Shown: in pieces, positions 38,187 to 52,276 of the stretch | Layout of the letters: every line of letters starts with the position of its first letter | How positions within the stretch are numbered: the stretch's first letter is position 1 | Assembly (NCBI RefSeq): GCF_050920415.1 | Contig: NZ_CP169309.1 | Source: Escherichia coli | Lineage (GTDB): Bacteria; Pseudomonadota; Gammaproteobacteria; Enterobacterales; Enterobacteriaceae | Reading direction: 5' to 3' (one strand) | DNA: 64,000 nucleotides | Program-made: the position numbers and the translations under genes | Notes under the pieces: model-generated | What the model saw: the letters and a program-made list of their open reading frames with translations, nothing else | Databases searched by the model: none | What the model was told of the DNA's origin: nothing

Positions 38187-38885
38187 ATGAATAAAATCCT
38201 GTTAGTTGATGATGACCGAGAGCTGACTTCCCTGTTAAAGGAGCTGCTCGAGATGGAAGGCTTCAACGTGATTGTTGCCCACGATGGGGAGCAGGCGCTT
38301 GATCTTCTGGACGACAGCATTGATTTACTTTTGCTTGATGTCATGATGCCGAAGAAAAATGGTATCGACACATTAAAAGCACTTCGCCAGACACACCAGA
38401 CGCCTGTCATTATGTTGACGGCGCGCGGCAGTGAACTTGATCGCGTTCTCGGCCTTGAGCTGGGCGCAGATGACTATCTCCCGAAACCGTTTAATGATCG
38501 TGAGCTGGTGGCACGTATTCGCGCGATCCTGCGCCGTTCGCACTGGAGCGAGCAACAGCAAAACAACGACAACGGTTCACCGACACTGGAAGTTGATGCC
38601 TTGGTGCTGAATCCAGGCCGTCAGGAAGCCAGCTTCGACGGGCAAACGCTGGAGTTAACCGGCACTGAGTTTACCCTGCTTTATTTGCTGGCACAGCATC
38701 TGGGTCAGGTGGTTTCCCGTGAGCATTTAAGCCAGGAAGTGCTGGGCAAACGCCTGACGCCTTTCGACCGCGCTATCGATATGCACATTTCCAACCTGCG
38801 TCGTAAACTGCCGGATCGTAAAGATGGTCACCCGTGGTTTAAAACCTTGCGTGGTCGCGGCTATCTGATGGTTTCTGCTTCATGA
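38187..38885 (+). CDS. cpxR: envelope-stress response regulator CpxR (OmpR family)
   Basis: 232-aa ORF MNKILLVDDDRELTSLLKELLEMEGFNVIVAHDGEQALDLL... recognised as CpxR. Confidence 0.97.
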   Translation: MNKILLVDDDRELTSLLKELLEMEGFNVIVAHDGEQALDLLDDSIDLLLLDVMMPKKNGIDTLKALRQTHQTPVIMLTARGSELDRVLGLELGADDYLPKPFNDRELVARIRAILRRSHWSEQQQNNDNGSPTLEVDALVLNPGRQEASFDGQTLELTGTEFTLLYLLAQHLGQVVSREHLSQEVLGKRLTPFDRAIDMHISNLRRKLPDRKDGHPWFKTLRGRGYLMVSAS

Positions 38886-40255
38886 TAGGCAGCTTAACCG
38901 CGCGCATCTTCGCCATCTTCTGGCTGACGCTGGCGCTGGTGTTGATGTTGGTTTTGATGTTACCCAAGCTCGATTCACGCCAGATGACCGAGCTTCTGGA
39001 TAGCGAACAGCGTCAGGGGCTGATGATTGAGCAGCATGTCGAAGCGGAACTGGCGAACGATCCGCCCAACGATTTAATGTGGTGGCGGCGTCTGTTCCGG
39101 GCGATTGATAAGTGGGCACCGCCAGGACAGCGTTTGTTATTGGTGACCACCGAGGGCCGCGTGATCGGCGCTGAACGCAGCGAAATGCAGATCATTCGCA
39201 ACTTTATTGGCCAGGCTGATAACGCCGATCACCCGCAAAAGAAAAAGTATGGCCGCGTGGAACTGGTCGGTCCGTTCTCCGTGCGTGATGGCGAAGATAA
39301 TTACCAACTGTATCTGATTCGTCCGGCCAGCAGTTCTCAATCCGATTTCATTAACTTACTGTTTGACCGCCCGCTATTACTGCTGATTGTGACTATGTTG
39401 GTCAGTACACCGTTGCTGTTGTGGTTGGCCTGGAGTCTGGCAAAACCGGCGCGTAAGCTGAAAAACGCGGCCGATGAAGTTGCCCAGGGGAACTTACGCC
39501 AGCATCCGGAACTGGAAGCGGGGCCACAGGAATTTCTTGCCGCTGGTGCCAGTTTTAACCAGATGGTGACCGCGCTGGAGCGCATGATGACCTCCCAGCA
39601 GCGCCTCCTTTCTGATATCTCTCACGAACTGCGCACGCCACTGACGCGCCTGCAACTGGGTACGGCGTTATTGCGCCGTCGTAGTGGTGAAAGCAAGGAA
39701 CTGGAGCGTATTGAAACCGAAGCCCAGCGTCTGGACAGCATGATCAACGACCTGTTGGTGATGTCACGTAATCAGCAGAAAAACGCGCTGGTGAGCGAGA
39801 CATTGAAAGCTAACCAGTTGTGGGGTGAAGTGCTGGATAACGCGGCGTTCGAAGCGGAACAAATGGGCAAGTCGTTTACGGTTAACTTCCCGCCTGGGCC
39901 GTGGCCGCTGTATGGCAACCCGAACGCTCTGGAAAGTGCGCTGGAAAACATTGTTCGTAATGCTCTGCGTTATTCCCATACGAAGATTGAGGTGGGCTTT
40001 GCGGTAGATAAAGATGGTATCACCATTACGGTGGACGACGATGGTCCTGGCGTTAGCCCGGAAGATCGCGAGCAGATTTTCCGTCCGTTCTATCGCACCG
40101 ATGAAGCGCGCGATCGTGAATCTGGCGGTACGGGCTTAGGGCTGGCGATTGTCGAAACAGCTATCCAGCAGCACCGTGGTTGGGTGAAGGCAGAAGACAG
40201 CCCGCTGGGCGGTTTGCGGCTGGTGATTTGGCTGCCGCTGTATAAGCGGAGTTAA
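38882..40255 (+). CDS. cpxA: envelope-stress sensor histidine kinase CpxA
   Basis: 457-aa ORF overlapping the cpxR stop; two TM segments, HAMP region and H-box SDISHELRTPLTRL. Confidence 0.97.
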   Translation: MIGSLTARIFAIFWLTLALVLMLVLMLPKLDSRQMTELLDSEQRQGLMIEQHVEAELANDPPNDLMWWRRLFRAIDKWAPPGQRLLLVTTEGRVIGAERSEMQIIRNFIGQADNADHPQKKKYGRVELVGPFSVRDGEDNYQLYLIRPASSSQSDFINLLFDRPLLLLIVTMLVSTPLLLWLAWSLAKPARKLKNAADEVAQGNLRQHPELEAGPQEFLAAGASFNQMVTALERMMTSQQRLLSDISHELRTPLTRLQLGTALLRRRSGESKELERIETEAQRLDSMINDLLVMSRNQQKNALVSETLKANQLWGEVLDNAAFEAEQMGKSFTVNFPPGPWPLYGNPNALESALENIVRNALRYSHTKIEVGFAVDKDGITITVDDDGPGVSPEDREQIFRPFYRTDEARDRESGGTGLGLAIVETAIQQHRGWVKAEDSPLGGLRLVIWLPLYKRS

Positions 40256-40261
40256 ACTCCG

Positions 40262-40350
40262 CATTTGTAGGCCAGATAAGGCGTTACGCCGCATCCGGCG
40301 TTTGAGCAGAATGCCTGATGCGACGCTGATAGCGTCTTATCAGGCCTACT
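40262..40350. repeat. REP elements between cpxA and yiiM
   Basis: tgtaggccagataaggcgttacgccgcatccggcg and gcctgatgcgacgctgatagcgtcttatcaggcctac. Confidence 0.8.
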
Positions 40351-40359
40351 CTCCGGGGG

Positions 40360-41034
40360 TTATTTTCCCCACAACCGCCGTGAAAAATCTTCAATCTTGC
40401 CGCTAAGTCGGCGCTTCTGCATCGTTCGCGTCCAGCTTTTCGATAGTCCGGCTGCGGAAAGCAAACGGTGATACTGATCGTCATCAAACGGCATATGCCA
40501 TGCGATGGCGGCAGCCTCCTGCACGGTCACATCACTGACACGGGAAACCAACTCCAGCGGCGCATCAGCAGATACCAACCCTGGCGCAATCACGCTATAC
40601 AACCACCCCACTTTACCCGTGTTTTGCATCAACTGCGCTATATCGCTGATATCAAAATGGTAATTGAGTTTATAGCAAGGGGAGCGTGGCTGGCTGACCT
40701 GAATTAATGCCTCTCCCCAGCGGAAAATATCGCCAATATAAACATTACTTTCCGTCAGACCGTCGGTTGAGAGATTTTCGCCAAACGCAGGCGCAACAAA
40801 CAACTCCGCCTGTTCCGGAAATTCCCGCGCCCAGTAGAGATAGTGCTCACGAGGATAATGACACAGCGCCCTGTCTGGCCCACCGTGAACGACTTTCTCT
40901 GCCTGCTCGTCACCTTCCAGCCCCAGCTCTGTAAGCATCAATTCGCCATCAACCTGGATTTTGGCAATTGCGCTGGGTTTGCCTTCGGGATAAGCCTGAA
41001 TCTTGCCCGTGTATACATCAACCGGATATCGCAT
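40360..41034 (-). CDS. yiiM: MOSC-domain protein (6-N-hydroxylaminopurine resistance)
   Basis: Recognised start MRYPVDVYTGKIQAYPEGKPSAIAKIQVDGELMLTELGLEGD... (224 aa) at the internal ATG of track ORF 40360-41064. Confidence 0.9.
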   Translation of the reverse strand: MRYPVDVYTGKIQAYPEGKPSAIAKIQVDGELMLTELGLEGDEQAEKVVHGGPDRALCHYPREHYLYWAREFPEQAELFVAPAFGENLSTDGLTESNVYIGDIFRWGEALIQVSQPRSPCYKLNYHFDISDIAQLMQNTGKVGWLYSVIAPGLVSADAPLELVSRVSDVTVQEAAAIAWHMPFDDDQYHRLLSAAGLSKSWTRTMQKRRLSGKIEDFSRRLWGK

Positions 41035-41182
41035 CTGTTCCCTCTCCACGAGAAATTTCCCCATTAGACCATATTTATTTTATGTCAGGCGTGCTGTTTT
41101 CGCGGTATGTATCCAGGCAGGAGCTCAATCGCAAACCGGACGAACGTTAGTTCATCCGGCTGTGGGGATTAAGGAAGCAGGT

Positions 41183-42166
41183 TTATTTTACCGTGCCTAA
41201 AATTTCGATTTTCGCCACTCTGGCTTTGACTTTACGTGACCAGATAGAGGTAAGAATTGGCACCAGAATCGAAGTCACAATGACCGCCGTCGCGACCAGC
41301 GAAGTTGCTGCCGGAGCCATCGGTTTAAACGCAGGCACCATTTCTGCAATCAGCACAGGTGTCGCTACCGCGGCCCCTGCGGAACTGGAAGCGGCAATTC
41401 CGGCAGTGCCATCGCCACCGCCAATCAATTTATCGGCGATAATCAACGGAATACCGGTCACGATAATTACTGCCACACCCAACAGGATCCCCAGCAAACC
41501 TGTCTGGGCAATTACAGTCAAATCAATGGTATTGCCCAGCGCGAAGGCAAAGAATGGAATCAGCGTCTGCACCGCTTTGCTGAAAAATTCTCGTAATTCA
41601 GGGTCAAGGTTCCCAAGGGCAAAGCCCACCAGGAACGGTAATACTGCGCCGACGAAAACATGCGGTTCAAACGAGGCAATCCCGGCAGTGCCCAGAATAA
41701 TCATCGTCATGAGCGGCCCGGACTCCAATGACATCAACACAAATGCCCCAGCTTCTTCTTTCGTACCGTACTGCTGCATGATGGAAGCGTAAAGTCCACC
41801 GTTGGTCATATCCATCGCCGCCACCAGCGCCAGCGTTGAAAGTCCGGCAAAGAATCCAACTTCAACACCATGTTCCGGAATAATGCGCGAGGCAATTGCC
41901 GCAACCACCCACGCGACGGCAATTTTTGTTACCACCAGCGTACCGGATTTACGCAATACCGTTCCCGTCGCGCTTAATTTTATTGACGCCCCCATGCAAA
42001 AAAACCACACCGCCAGAATGGGCACCGTACCGGTAATCATCCCGTTGGTGAATGATCCAAAATATTTCCCCGCCCCCGGCGAGAAGGTGTGGCACAGTGC
42101 GCCAAGGAATAGCGGGACGAGCATCATCCCCCCCGGGATTTTTTCAATCGAGCGTTTTATCTGCAT
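41183..42166 (-). CDS. kdgT: 2-keto-3-deoxygluconate permease
   Basis: Recognised start [37 protein letters not shown]... (327 aa); polytopic membrane protein. Confidence 0.93.
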   Translation of the reverse strand: MQIKRSIEKIPGGMMLVPLFLGALCHTFSPGAGKYFGSFTNGMITGTVPILAVWFFCMGASIKLSATGTVLRKSGTLVVTKIAVAWVVAAIASRIIPEHGVEVGFFAGLSTLALVAAMDMTNGGLYASIMQQYGTKEEAGAFVLMSLESGPLMTMIILGTAGIASFEPHVFVGAVLPFLVGFALGNLDPELREFFSKAVQTLIPFFAFALGNTIDLTVIAQTGLLGILLGVAVIIVTGIPLIIADKLIGGGDGTAGIAASSSAGAAVATPVLIAEMVPAFKPMAPAATSLVATAVIVTSILVPILTSIWSRKVKARVAKIEILGTVK

Positions 42167-42285
42167 TTCCATCACCTGTCGGCATATTTTTAAGGGCTGA
42201 TGCGTAATTCCTCAACGGAGCATCAGTGTTGATGAAAACGAAGATAGACATTCATTTAATCAATAAAAGTGATCAAAACCACATC

Positions 42286-42306
42286 AATTGAAACACTGTT
42301 TTATTT
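42286..42306. promoter_or_regulatory. KdgR-type operator upstream of kdgT
   Basis: aattGAAACActGTTTTAttt resembles the KdgR box (AAACA..TGTTT inverted repeat). kdgT is an established KdgR regulon member. Confidence 0.5.
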
Positions 42307-42425
42307 TTATCGGATAATTGTTTTTATTTTGAAATTGATCACAAAAAAACCACCGCCGTTGGCGATGGTTCATTTTTTAAGCTGATATGCGGCGTAAACG
42401 CCTCATTGCAGCAGGCGGCAAATGA

Positions 42426-43046
42426 TTATTTTTTCGCCGCGAAACGTGCCGCTGCTTCGTCCCAGTTCACCACATTCCAGAACTCTTTGATGTAGTCCGG
42501 GCGGCGGTTCTGGAATTTCAGGTAGTAAGCGTGTTCCCACACATCCAGGCCCAGGATCGGGAAGCCGGAAGCGCCAGAAATAGTTTCGCCCATCAGCGGG
42601 GAGTCCTGGTTAGCAGTAGAAACCACCGCCAGTTTATCGCCTTTCAGCACCAGCCATGCCCAGCCGGAACCAAAGCGGGAAGCTGCCGCTTTCTCAAATT
42701 CTGCTTTGAAGTTATCAACGGAGCCGAAGTCACGTTCGATAGCCGCTTTCAGGTCACCCTGTAAGGTGGTGCCTTTTTTCAGACCTTTCCAGAACAGGCT
42801 GTGGTTAGCGTGACCGCCAGCGTTGTTGCGCAGTACGGTTTTCTTGTCTGCTGGCAGCTGGTCCAGTTTGGTGATCAGCTCTTCAACCGGCAGGTTGGCA
42901 AATTCTGGCAGGCTTTCCAGCGCCGCGTTGGCGTTGTTGACGTAGGTCTGATGGTGTTTGGTGTGGTGGATTTCCATGGTCTGCTTATCGAAGTGCGGTT
43001 CCAGGGCATCGTAAGCATACGGCAGGGATGGCAGGGTATAGCTCAT
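42426..43046 (-). CDS. sodA: manganese superoxide dismutase
   Basis: Recognised start [44 protein letters not shown]... (206 aa) inside the track ORF 42426-43052. Confidence 0.97.
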   Translation of the reverse strand: MSYTLPSLPYAYDALEPHFDKQTMEIHHTKHHQTYVNNANAALESLPEFANLPVEELITKLDQLPADKKTVLRNNAGGHANHSLFWKGLKKGTTLQGDLKAAIERDFGSVDNFKAEFEKAAASRFGSGWAWLVLKGDKLAVVSTANQDSPLMGETISGASGFPILGLDVWEHAYYLKFQNRRPDYIKEFWNVVNWDEAAARFAAKK

Positions 43047-43109
43047 ATTCATCTCCAGTATTGTCGGGCGGCCGATTGTTAATGCCGCGTAAGCAGTTGG
43101 TTCATTATA

Positions 43110-43140
43110 GTTAATTAAATGATATTGAAAATGATTATCA
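43110..43140. promoter_or_regulatory. Fur box in the sodA promoter
   Basis: Reverse complement reads tgataatcattttcaatatcatttaattaa, the well-known iron box upstream of sodA. Confidence 0.65.
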
Positions 43141-43330
43141 ATGCCGTACTTTTCGTAAGGGTATGGTTTTGCAGGAAAATGCCCGAGATGTGAAGCAAAT
43201 CACCCACTTAATGCCGTGATTGCCAGTAAATCGACAACGGCGGCAACAGGCGAAAGGTTAATCGACAGCACGATTTTTACACTCATCTCGTCGGAGATGT
43301 GACGCGACGAAAAATGATGAGGATAAGAAG

Positions 43331-44365
43331 ATGAGTAACGCGATTACGATGGGGATATTTTGGCATTTGATCGGCGCGGCCAGTGCAGCCTGTTTTTACG
43401 CGCCGTTCAAAAAAGTAAAAAAATGGTCATGGGAAACCATGTGGTCAGTCGGTGGGATTGTTTCGTGGATTATTCTGCCGTGGGCCATCAGCGCCCTGTT
43501 ACTACCGAATTTCTGGGCGTATTACAGCTCGTTTAGTCTCTCTACACTGCTGCCTGTTTTTCTGTTCGGTGCTATGTGGGGGATCGGTAATATCAACTAC
43601 GGCCTGACCATGCGTTATCTCGGCATGTCGATGGGAATTGGCATCGCCATTGGCATTACGTTGATTGTCGGTACGCTGATGACGCCAATTATCAACGGCA
43701 ATTTCGATGTTCTGATTAATACCGAAGGCGGACGCATGACGTTGCTCGGCGTTCTGGTGGCGCTGATTGGCGTAGGGATTGTAACTCGCGCCGGGCAGTT
43801 GAAAGAGCGCAAGATGGGCATAAAAGCCGAAGAGTTCAACCTGAAAAAAGGGCTGGTGCTGGCGGTGATGTGCGGCATTTTCTCTGCCGGGATGTCCTTT
43901 GCGATGAACGCCGCAAAACCGATGCATGAAGCCGCTGCCGCACTAGGCGTCGATCCACTGTATGTCGCTCTGCCAAGCTATGTTGTCATCATGGGCGGTG
44001 GCGCAATTATCAACCTCGGTTTCTGTTTTATTCGTCTGGCAAAAGTGAAAGATTTGTCGCTAAAAGCCGACTTTTCACTGGCAAAACCGCTGATCATTCA
44101 CAACGTGTTACTCTCGGCACTGGGCGGTTTGATGTGGTATCTGCAATTCTTTTTCTATGCCTGGGGCCACGCCCGCATTCCGGCGCAGTATGACTACATC
44201 AGCTGGATGCTGCATATGAGCTTCTATGTATTGTGCGGCGGTATAGTTGGGCTGGTGCTGAAAGAGTGGAACAATGCAGGTCGCCGTCCGGTAACGGTGT
44301 TGAGCCTCGGTTGTGTGGTGATTATTGTCGCCGCCAACATCGTCGGCATGGGCATGGCGAATTAA
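43331..44365 (+). CDS. rhaT: L-rhamnose-proton symporter
   Basis: 344-aa [41 protein letters not shown]... recognised as RhaT. Confidence 0.96.
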   Translation: MSNAITMGIFWHLIGAASAACFYAPFKKVKKWSWETMWSVGGIVSWIILPWAISALLLPNFWAYYSSFSLSTLLPVFLFGAMWGIGNINYGLTMRYLGMSMGIGIAIGITLIVGTLMTPIINGNFDVLINTEGGRMTLLGVLVALIGVGIVTRAGQLKERKMGIKAEEFNLKKGLVLAVMCGIFSAGMSFAMNAAKPMHEAAAALGVDPLYVALPSYVVIMGGGAIINLGFCFIRLAKVKDLSLKADFSLAKPLIIHNVLLSALGGLMWYLQFFFYAWGHARIPAQYDYISWMLHMSFYVLCGGIVGLVLKEWNNAGRRPVTVLSLGCVVIIVAANIVGMGMAN

Positions 44366-45210
44366 TCTTTCTGCGAATTGAGATGACGCCACTGGCTGGG
44401 CGTCATCCCGGTTTCCCGGGTAAACACCACCGAAAAATAGTTACTATCTTCAAAGCCACATTCGGTTGAAATATCACTGATTAACAGGCGGCTATGCTGG
44501 AGAAGATATTGCGCATGACACACTCTGACCTGCCGCAGATATTGATTGATGGTCATTCCAGTCTGCTGGCGAAATTGCTGACGCAAAACGCGCTCACTGC
44601 ACGATGCCTCATCACAAAATTCATCCAGCGCAAAGGGACTTTTCAGGCTGGCCGCCAGCCGGGTAATCAGCTTATCCAGCAACGTTTCGCTGGATGTTGG
44701 CGGCAACGAATCACTGGTGTAACGATGGCGATTCAGCAACATCACCAACTGCCCGAACAGCAACTCTGCCATTTCGTTAGCAAACGGCACATGCTGACTA
44801 CTTTCATGCTCAAGCTGACCGATAACCTGCCGCGCCTGTGCCATCCCCATGCTACCTAAGCGCCAGTGTGGTTGCCCTGCGCTGGCGCTAAATCCCGGAA
44901 TCGCCCCCTGCCAGTCAAGATTCAGCTTCAGCCGCTCCGGGCAATAAATAATATTCTGCAAAACCAGATCGTTAACGGAAGCGTAGGAGTGTTTATCGTC
45001 AGCATGAATGTAAAAGAGATCGCCACGGGTAATGCGATAAGGGCGATCGTTGAGTACATGCAGACCATTACCGCGCCAGACAATTACCAGCTCACAAAAA
45101 TCATGTGTATGTTCAGCAAAGACATCTTGCGGATAACGGTCAGCCACAGCGACTGCCTGCTGGTCGCTGGCAAAAAAATCATCTTTGAGAAGTTTTAACT
45201 GATGCGCCAC
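44362..45210 (-). CDS. rhaR: AraC-family rhamnose regulon activator RhaR
   Basis: The track ORF runs to 45375. The 282-aa form that I remember as the current annotation (…[30 protein letters not shown]...) starts at the GTG near 45210; an alternative ATG at about 45300 gives a 312-aa form. The 5' end is therefore uncertain. Confidence 0.85.
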   Translation of the reverse strand: MAHQLKLLKDDFFASDQQAVAVADRYPQDVFAEHTHDFCELVIVWRGNGLHVLNDRPYRITRGDLFYIHADDKHSYASVNDLVLQNIIYCPERLKLNLDWQGAIPGFSASAGQPHWRLGSMGMAQARQVIGQLEHESSQHVPFANEMAELLFGQLVMLLNRHRYTSDSLPPTSSETLLDKLITRLAASLKSPFALDEFCDEASCSERVLRQQFRQQTGMTINQYLRQVRVCHAQYLLQHSRLLISDISTECGFEDSNYFSVVFTRETGMTPSQWRHLNSQKD

Positions 45211-45283
45211 CGTGGCTACCTCGGCCAGAGAACGAAGTTGATTATTCGCAATATGGCGAACAAATACGTTGAGAAGATTCGCG

Positions 45284-46120
45284 TTATTGCAGAAAGCCAT
45301 CCCGTCCCTGGCGAATATCACGCGGTGACCAGTTAAACTCTCGGCGAAAAAGCGTCGAAAAGTGGTTACTGTCACTAAATCCGCAGCGATAGGCGATGTC
45401 TGTAACGCTGGCCTCGCTGTGGCGTAGCAGATGTCGGGCTTTCATCAGTCGCAGGCGGTTCAGGTAACGCTGAGGCGTCAGTCCCGTTTTCTGCTTAAGC
45501 TGCCGATGTAGCGTACGCAGCGAAAGAGAAAATTGATCCGCCACGGCATCCCAATTTACCTCATCGGCAAAATGGTCCTCCAGCCAGGCCAGAAGCAAGT
45601 TGAGACGTGATGCGCTGTTTTCCAGGTTCTCCTGCAAACTGCTTTTACGCAGCAAGAGCAGTAATTGCATAAACAAGATCTCGCGACTGGCGGTCGAGGG
45701 TAAATCATTTTCCCCTTCCTGCTGTTCCATCTGTGCAACCAGCTGTCGCACCTGCTGCAACACGCTGTGGTTAACGCGCCAGTGAGACGGATACTGCCCA
45801 TCCTGCTCTTGTGGCAGCAACTGATTCAGCCCGGCGAGAAACTGAAATCGATCCGGCGAGCGATACAGTACATTGGTCAGACACAGATTATCGGTATGTT
45901 CATACAGATGCCGATCATGATCGCGTACGAAACAGACAGTCCCACCGGTGATGGTATAGGGCTGCCCATTAAACACATGAATACCCGTGCCATGTTCGAC
46001 AATCACAATTTCATGAAAATCATGATGATGTTCAGGAAAATCCGCCTGCGGGAGCCGGGGTTCTATCGCCACGGACGCGTTACCAGACGGAAAAAAATCC
46101 ACACTATGTAATACGGTCAT
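45284..46120 (-). CDS. rhaS: AraC-family rhamnose operon activator RhaS
   Basis: 278-aa [47 protein letters not shown]... recognised as RhaS. Confidence 0.96.
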   Translation of the reverse strand: MTVLHSVDFFPSGNASVAIEPRLPQADFPEHHHDFHEIVIVEHGTGIHVFNGQPYTITGGTVCFVRDHDRHLYEHTDNLCLTNVLYRSPDRFQFLAGLNQLLPQEQDGQYPSHWRVNHSVLQQVRQLVAQMEQQEGENDLPSTASREILFMQLLLLLRKSSLQENLENSASRLNLLLAWLEDHFADEVNWDAVADQFSLSLRTLHRQLKQKTGLTPQRYLNRLRLMKARHLLRHSEASVTDIAYRCGFSDSNHFSTLFRREFNWSPRDIRQGRDGFLQ

Positions 46121-46283
46121 ACTGGCCTCCTGATGTCGTCAACACGGCGAAATAGTAATCACGAGGTCAGGTTCTTACCTTAAATTTTCGACGGAAAACC
46201 ACGTAAAAAACGTCGATTTTTCAAGATACAGCGTGAATTTTCAGGAAATGCGGTAAGCATCACATCACCACAATTCAGCAAAT

Positions 46284-46299
46284 TGTGAACATCATCACG
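46284..46299. promoter_or_regulatory. CRP site in the rhaSR / rhaBAD divergent control region
   Basis: TGTGAacatcaTCACG matches the CRP consensus. CRP activation of the rha promoters is established. Confidence 0.5.
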
Positions 46300-46374
46300 T
46301 TCATCTTTCCCTAGTTGCCAATGGCCCATTTTCCTGTCAGTAACGAGAAGGTCGCGAATTCAGGCGCTTTTTAG

Positions 46375-49133
<2,759 letters not shown>

Positions 49134-49136
49134 ACA

Positions 49137-49175
49137 CTGCCGGATGCGGCGCGAGCGCCTTATCCGGCCTACGGG
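49137..49175. repeat. REP element between rhaA and rhaD
   Basis: gccggatgcggcgcgagcgccttatccggcctac. Confidence 0.75.
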
Positions 49176-49215
49176 TCGTGCATCCGACAACACCGAATTT
49201 ACAGGAACACAGAAC

Positions 49216-50040
49216 ATGCAAAACATTACCCAGTCCTGGTTTGCCCAGGGAATGATCAAAGCCACCACCGACGCCTGGCTGAAAGGCTGGGACGAGCGCA
49301 ATGGTGGTAACCTGACGCTGCGCCTGGATGACGCCGATATCGCGCCTTATCACGACAACTTTCATGCACAACCGCGCTATATCCCGCTCAGCCAGCCCAT
49401 GCCTTTACTGGCAAATACACCGTTTATTGTCACCGGCTCCGGCAAATTCTTTCGTAACGTCCAGCTTGATCCTGCGGCTAACTTAGGCGTCGTAAAAGTC
49501 GACAGCGACGGCGCGGGCTACCACATTCTCTGGGGGCTAACTCACGAAGCCGTTCCAACCTCTGAACTTCCGGCTCACTTCCTTTCCCACTGCGAGCGCA
49601 TTAAAGCCACCAACGGTAAAGATCGGGTGATCATGCACTGCCACGCCACCAACCTGATCGCCCTTACCTACGTACTGGAAAACGACACCGCGCTCTTCAC
49701 TCGCCAGCTTTGGGAAGGCAGCACCGAGTGTCTGGTAGTGTTCCCGGATGGCGTCGGCATTTTGCCGTGGATGGTGCCCGGCACGGACGAAATCGGCCAG
49801 GCGACCGCACAGGAAATGCAAAAACATTCGCTGGTGTTGTGGCCCTTCCACGGCGTCTTCGGCAGCGGTCCGACACTGGATGAAACATTCGGTTTAATCG
49901 ACACCGCAGAAAAATCAGCACAAGTATTAGTGAAGGTTTATTCGATGGGCGGCATGAAACAGACCATCAGTCGTGAAGAGCTGATAGCACTCGGCCAGCG
50001 TTTCGGCGTTACACCACTAGCCAGTGCGCTGGCGCTGTAA
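49216..50040 (+). CDS. rhaD: rhamnulose-1-phosphate aldolase
   Basis: Recognised start [41 protein letters not shown]... (274 aa) at the internal ATG 49216. Confidence 0.96.
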   Translation: MQNITQSWFAQGMIKATTDAWLKGWDERNGGNLTLRLDDADIAPYHDNFHAQPRYIPLSQPMPLLANTPFIVTGSGKFFRNVQLDPAANLGVVKVDSDGAGYHILWGLTHEAVPTSELPAHFLSHCERIKATNGKDRVIMHCHATNLIALTYVLENDTALFTRQLWEGSTECLVVFPDGVGILPWMVPGTDEIGQATAQEMQKHSLVLWPFHGVFGSGPTLDETFGLIDTAEKSAQVLVKVYSMGGMKQTISREELIALGQRFGVTPLASALAL

Positions 50041-50049
50041 GGAGCAAAC

Positions 50050-50364
50050 ATGATCCGCAAAGCCTTTGTCATGCAGGTTAACCCCGACGCCCACGAAGAG
50101 TATCAGCGTCGGCATAATCCAATCTGGCCGGAACTGGAAGCAGTGTTGAAATCTCACGGTGCGCATAACTACGCCATTTACCTCGACAAAGCGCGTAATC
50201 TGCTGTTTGCCACGGTAGAGATTGAATCTGAAGAACGGTGGAATGCGGTAGCCAGTACTGATGTTTGCCAACGTTGGTGGAAGTATATGACCGACGTTAT
50301 GCCAGCTAACCCGGATAACAGCCCAGTCAGTAGCGAGCTGCAAGAAGTGTTTTACCTGCCTTAA
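50050..50364 (+). CDS. rhaM: L-rhamnose mutarotase
   Basis: 104-aa [48 protein letters not shown]... recognised as RhaM (YiiL). Confidence 0.95.
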
Positions 50365-50404
50365 TGAGTTGCGGTGCCGGAAAATATCCAGCACCGCGCC
50401 TTCA

Positions 50405-51799
50405 TCAGAAGAAGTATTTAAAGCGAACGCGTGCGCCGTAACGGTCATCAGTATCATCACCGTGTTTTTTATCACCGTCGCTATCCAGAATGGAGTAATA
50501 AGTACCAAGGTAAATATTAAAGTTCTCCATATCCATCACATTAGCGAACTGATAAGACGCATGAATGGTGTGAATGGTGTACGTCCCTTCATCATCAATC
50601 CAGCAGTCGTTATCACAAACTACACCGCTGAATTCATCAATCTTATTGTGCGCGTAGATATAACCCAGCTCGAAACGTTTCCACAGCGCGTTAATCCCGG
50701 CAGTGAAATCTTTTTCATTATTAGCATCTAAATAGGCGGTATTAAGATTAACCACGACGCCATTTTCCGGATCCGTTTTCAGGCCATTCCAGGTCATGCT
50801 CATACCATAGCCGGTACGATCGGACTGATCGACAAAATTACCCTTGCTATCGGTATAACCATAAGCATTATTTACTACGTTCGCTTCCATCGCTGCGGAA
50901 ACGGTGAATTCTTCCGTCGGCGACCAGGCAATTACCGGACGCAGATAAGCAACATTTTTCTGCTGCTCCATATCGCGTCCATGATAATTACCGTCATTAT
51001 ATAAAGATGTTCCGTCTTCAAGTAACGTGTTTAATTCAAAATACCAGTTATCGAGTTGTTTGCTGACGAGGAAATTACCGCCAGCGTTAGAGCGCCCGCG
51101 GCCCTCTTTCATCATATAGATATAACCGCTGCCATCGTCATAAAGATCGTTCGCAGTATTACCGGAATGTTCAACAAAGGTATCCTGATTCAGCGGGAAC
51201 ATATCGTAGGCTTCAAAACGGCCTACTTTGACCTTCCAGTCGTTTTCTTTGCCAAAGAAGAATACCGCATCATCGATATTTACTGAACCGTGCATATCCC
51301 CCAGCGGTTGTGCGGAGAACCCGGCGAAATAACCATTATCCAGTTTTCGCATACCATCAAAACCTAACAGAATACGACCATTGAGATTCCACTGTTCATT
51401 AGTGGGATCACTATTCACATCAGCGTTGGTCATTGCCAGCAGGCCATGATTACTTTCTGCATCCATATTAAATTCTACGTCGCCGTAGATTTTTAAATCG
51501 CCATAACCTGAGAGCAAAAGATTAGGTGAGGTGGAATTTTTCTTTGCAGATTCCGCCGTTGTCTGTCCATTTACCGGCGTATTGCCCTGGGCAGCCTTAA
51601 TTTCGCGGATCTCAGCGGCTTGTTGTGTCTGCAGCTGTTTTACCTGCCCCTCTGCTTTTGCTGCCCGCATTTCTGCCGCTTCCAGGCGTTCTTCCAGCAA
51701 TGCCATGCGTTGTTCCAGCGTTAAATGCTGTGTTTTTGCCATTCCGGTACTACATGCCAATAATAAACCGATGGCTAAAGATAATGTCGATTTTTTCAT
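50405..51799 (-). CDS. carbohydrate-specific outer-membrane porin, LamB superfamily with N-terminal coiled-coil extension (ScrY/BglH-like)
   Basis: 464-aa ORF with signal peptide MKKSTLSLAIGLLLACSTGMA|KTQ, then a heptad-like coiled-coil stretch (LEQRMALLEERLEAAEMRAAKAEGQVKQLQTQQAAEIREIKAAQ), then an aromatic-rich beta-barrel-like body ending ...RFKYFF. Confidence 0.8.
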   Translation of the reverse strand: MKKSTLSLAIGLLLACSTGMAKTQHLTLEQRMALLEERLEAAEMRAAKAEGQVKQLQTQQAAEIREIKAAQGNTPVNGQTTAESAKKNSTSPNLLLSGYGDLKIYGDVEFNMDAESNHGLLAMTNADVNSDPTNEQWNLNGRILLGFDGMRKLDNGYFAGFSAQPLGDMHGSVNIDDAVFFFGKENDWKVKVGRFEAYDMFPLNQDTFVEHSGNTANDLYDDGSGYIYMMKEGRGRSNAGGNFLVSKQLDNWYFELNTLLEDGTSLYNDGNYHGRDMEQQKNVAYLRPVIAWSPTEEFTVSAAMEANVVNNAYGYTDSKGNFVDQSDRTGYGMSMTWNGLKTDPENGVVVNLNTAYLDANNEKDFTAGINALWKRFELGYIYAHNKIDEFSGVVCDNDCWIDDEGTYTIHTIHASYQFANVMDMENFNIYLGTYYSILDSDGDKKHGDDTDDRYGARVRFKYFF

Positions 51800-52276
51800 T
51801 ATTTACGTTCCCTGAAATAAAAGAGACCCTACGCTTTCCAAAAGGAATACGTATATAGAGAAATATAAGGTGTGCACTTTCGATTTTTTAATCCAACTTC
51901 AGCAGGCCGATGGATAGTATCCCGCTGCATAATATGAGTAAATCCGCTGATTTCCTGGAACGTGAGGAATATAACAATAGTGCCGTTTTTAACTAAATAT
52001 CGTAAAAAATATTAGATATAATTCACGCTGACTCATAAACCACAAATATAAATAACCTTGCTGCAAAATATGTGCGGCAGTTAAACATTCACAACATCAT
52101 TAAATAATGATTTTTTATTCACTGCATTTATTTTTCCCATCAATATGTGCCTTACACCGCAAAATTTATCCTTCACTCTGCCTTATATTGTCACGACTTC
52201 ACGACATATCCGCGCTCATCACAAAACCGCCCCGCCGTTACAATTAACTATAATATTTTTTCATGGAGTCCAATAA

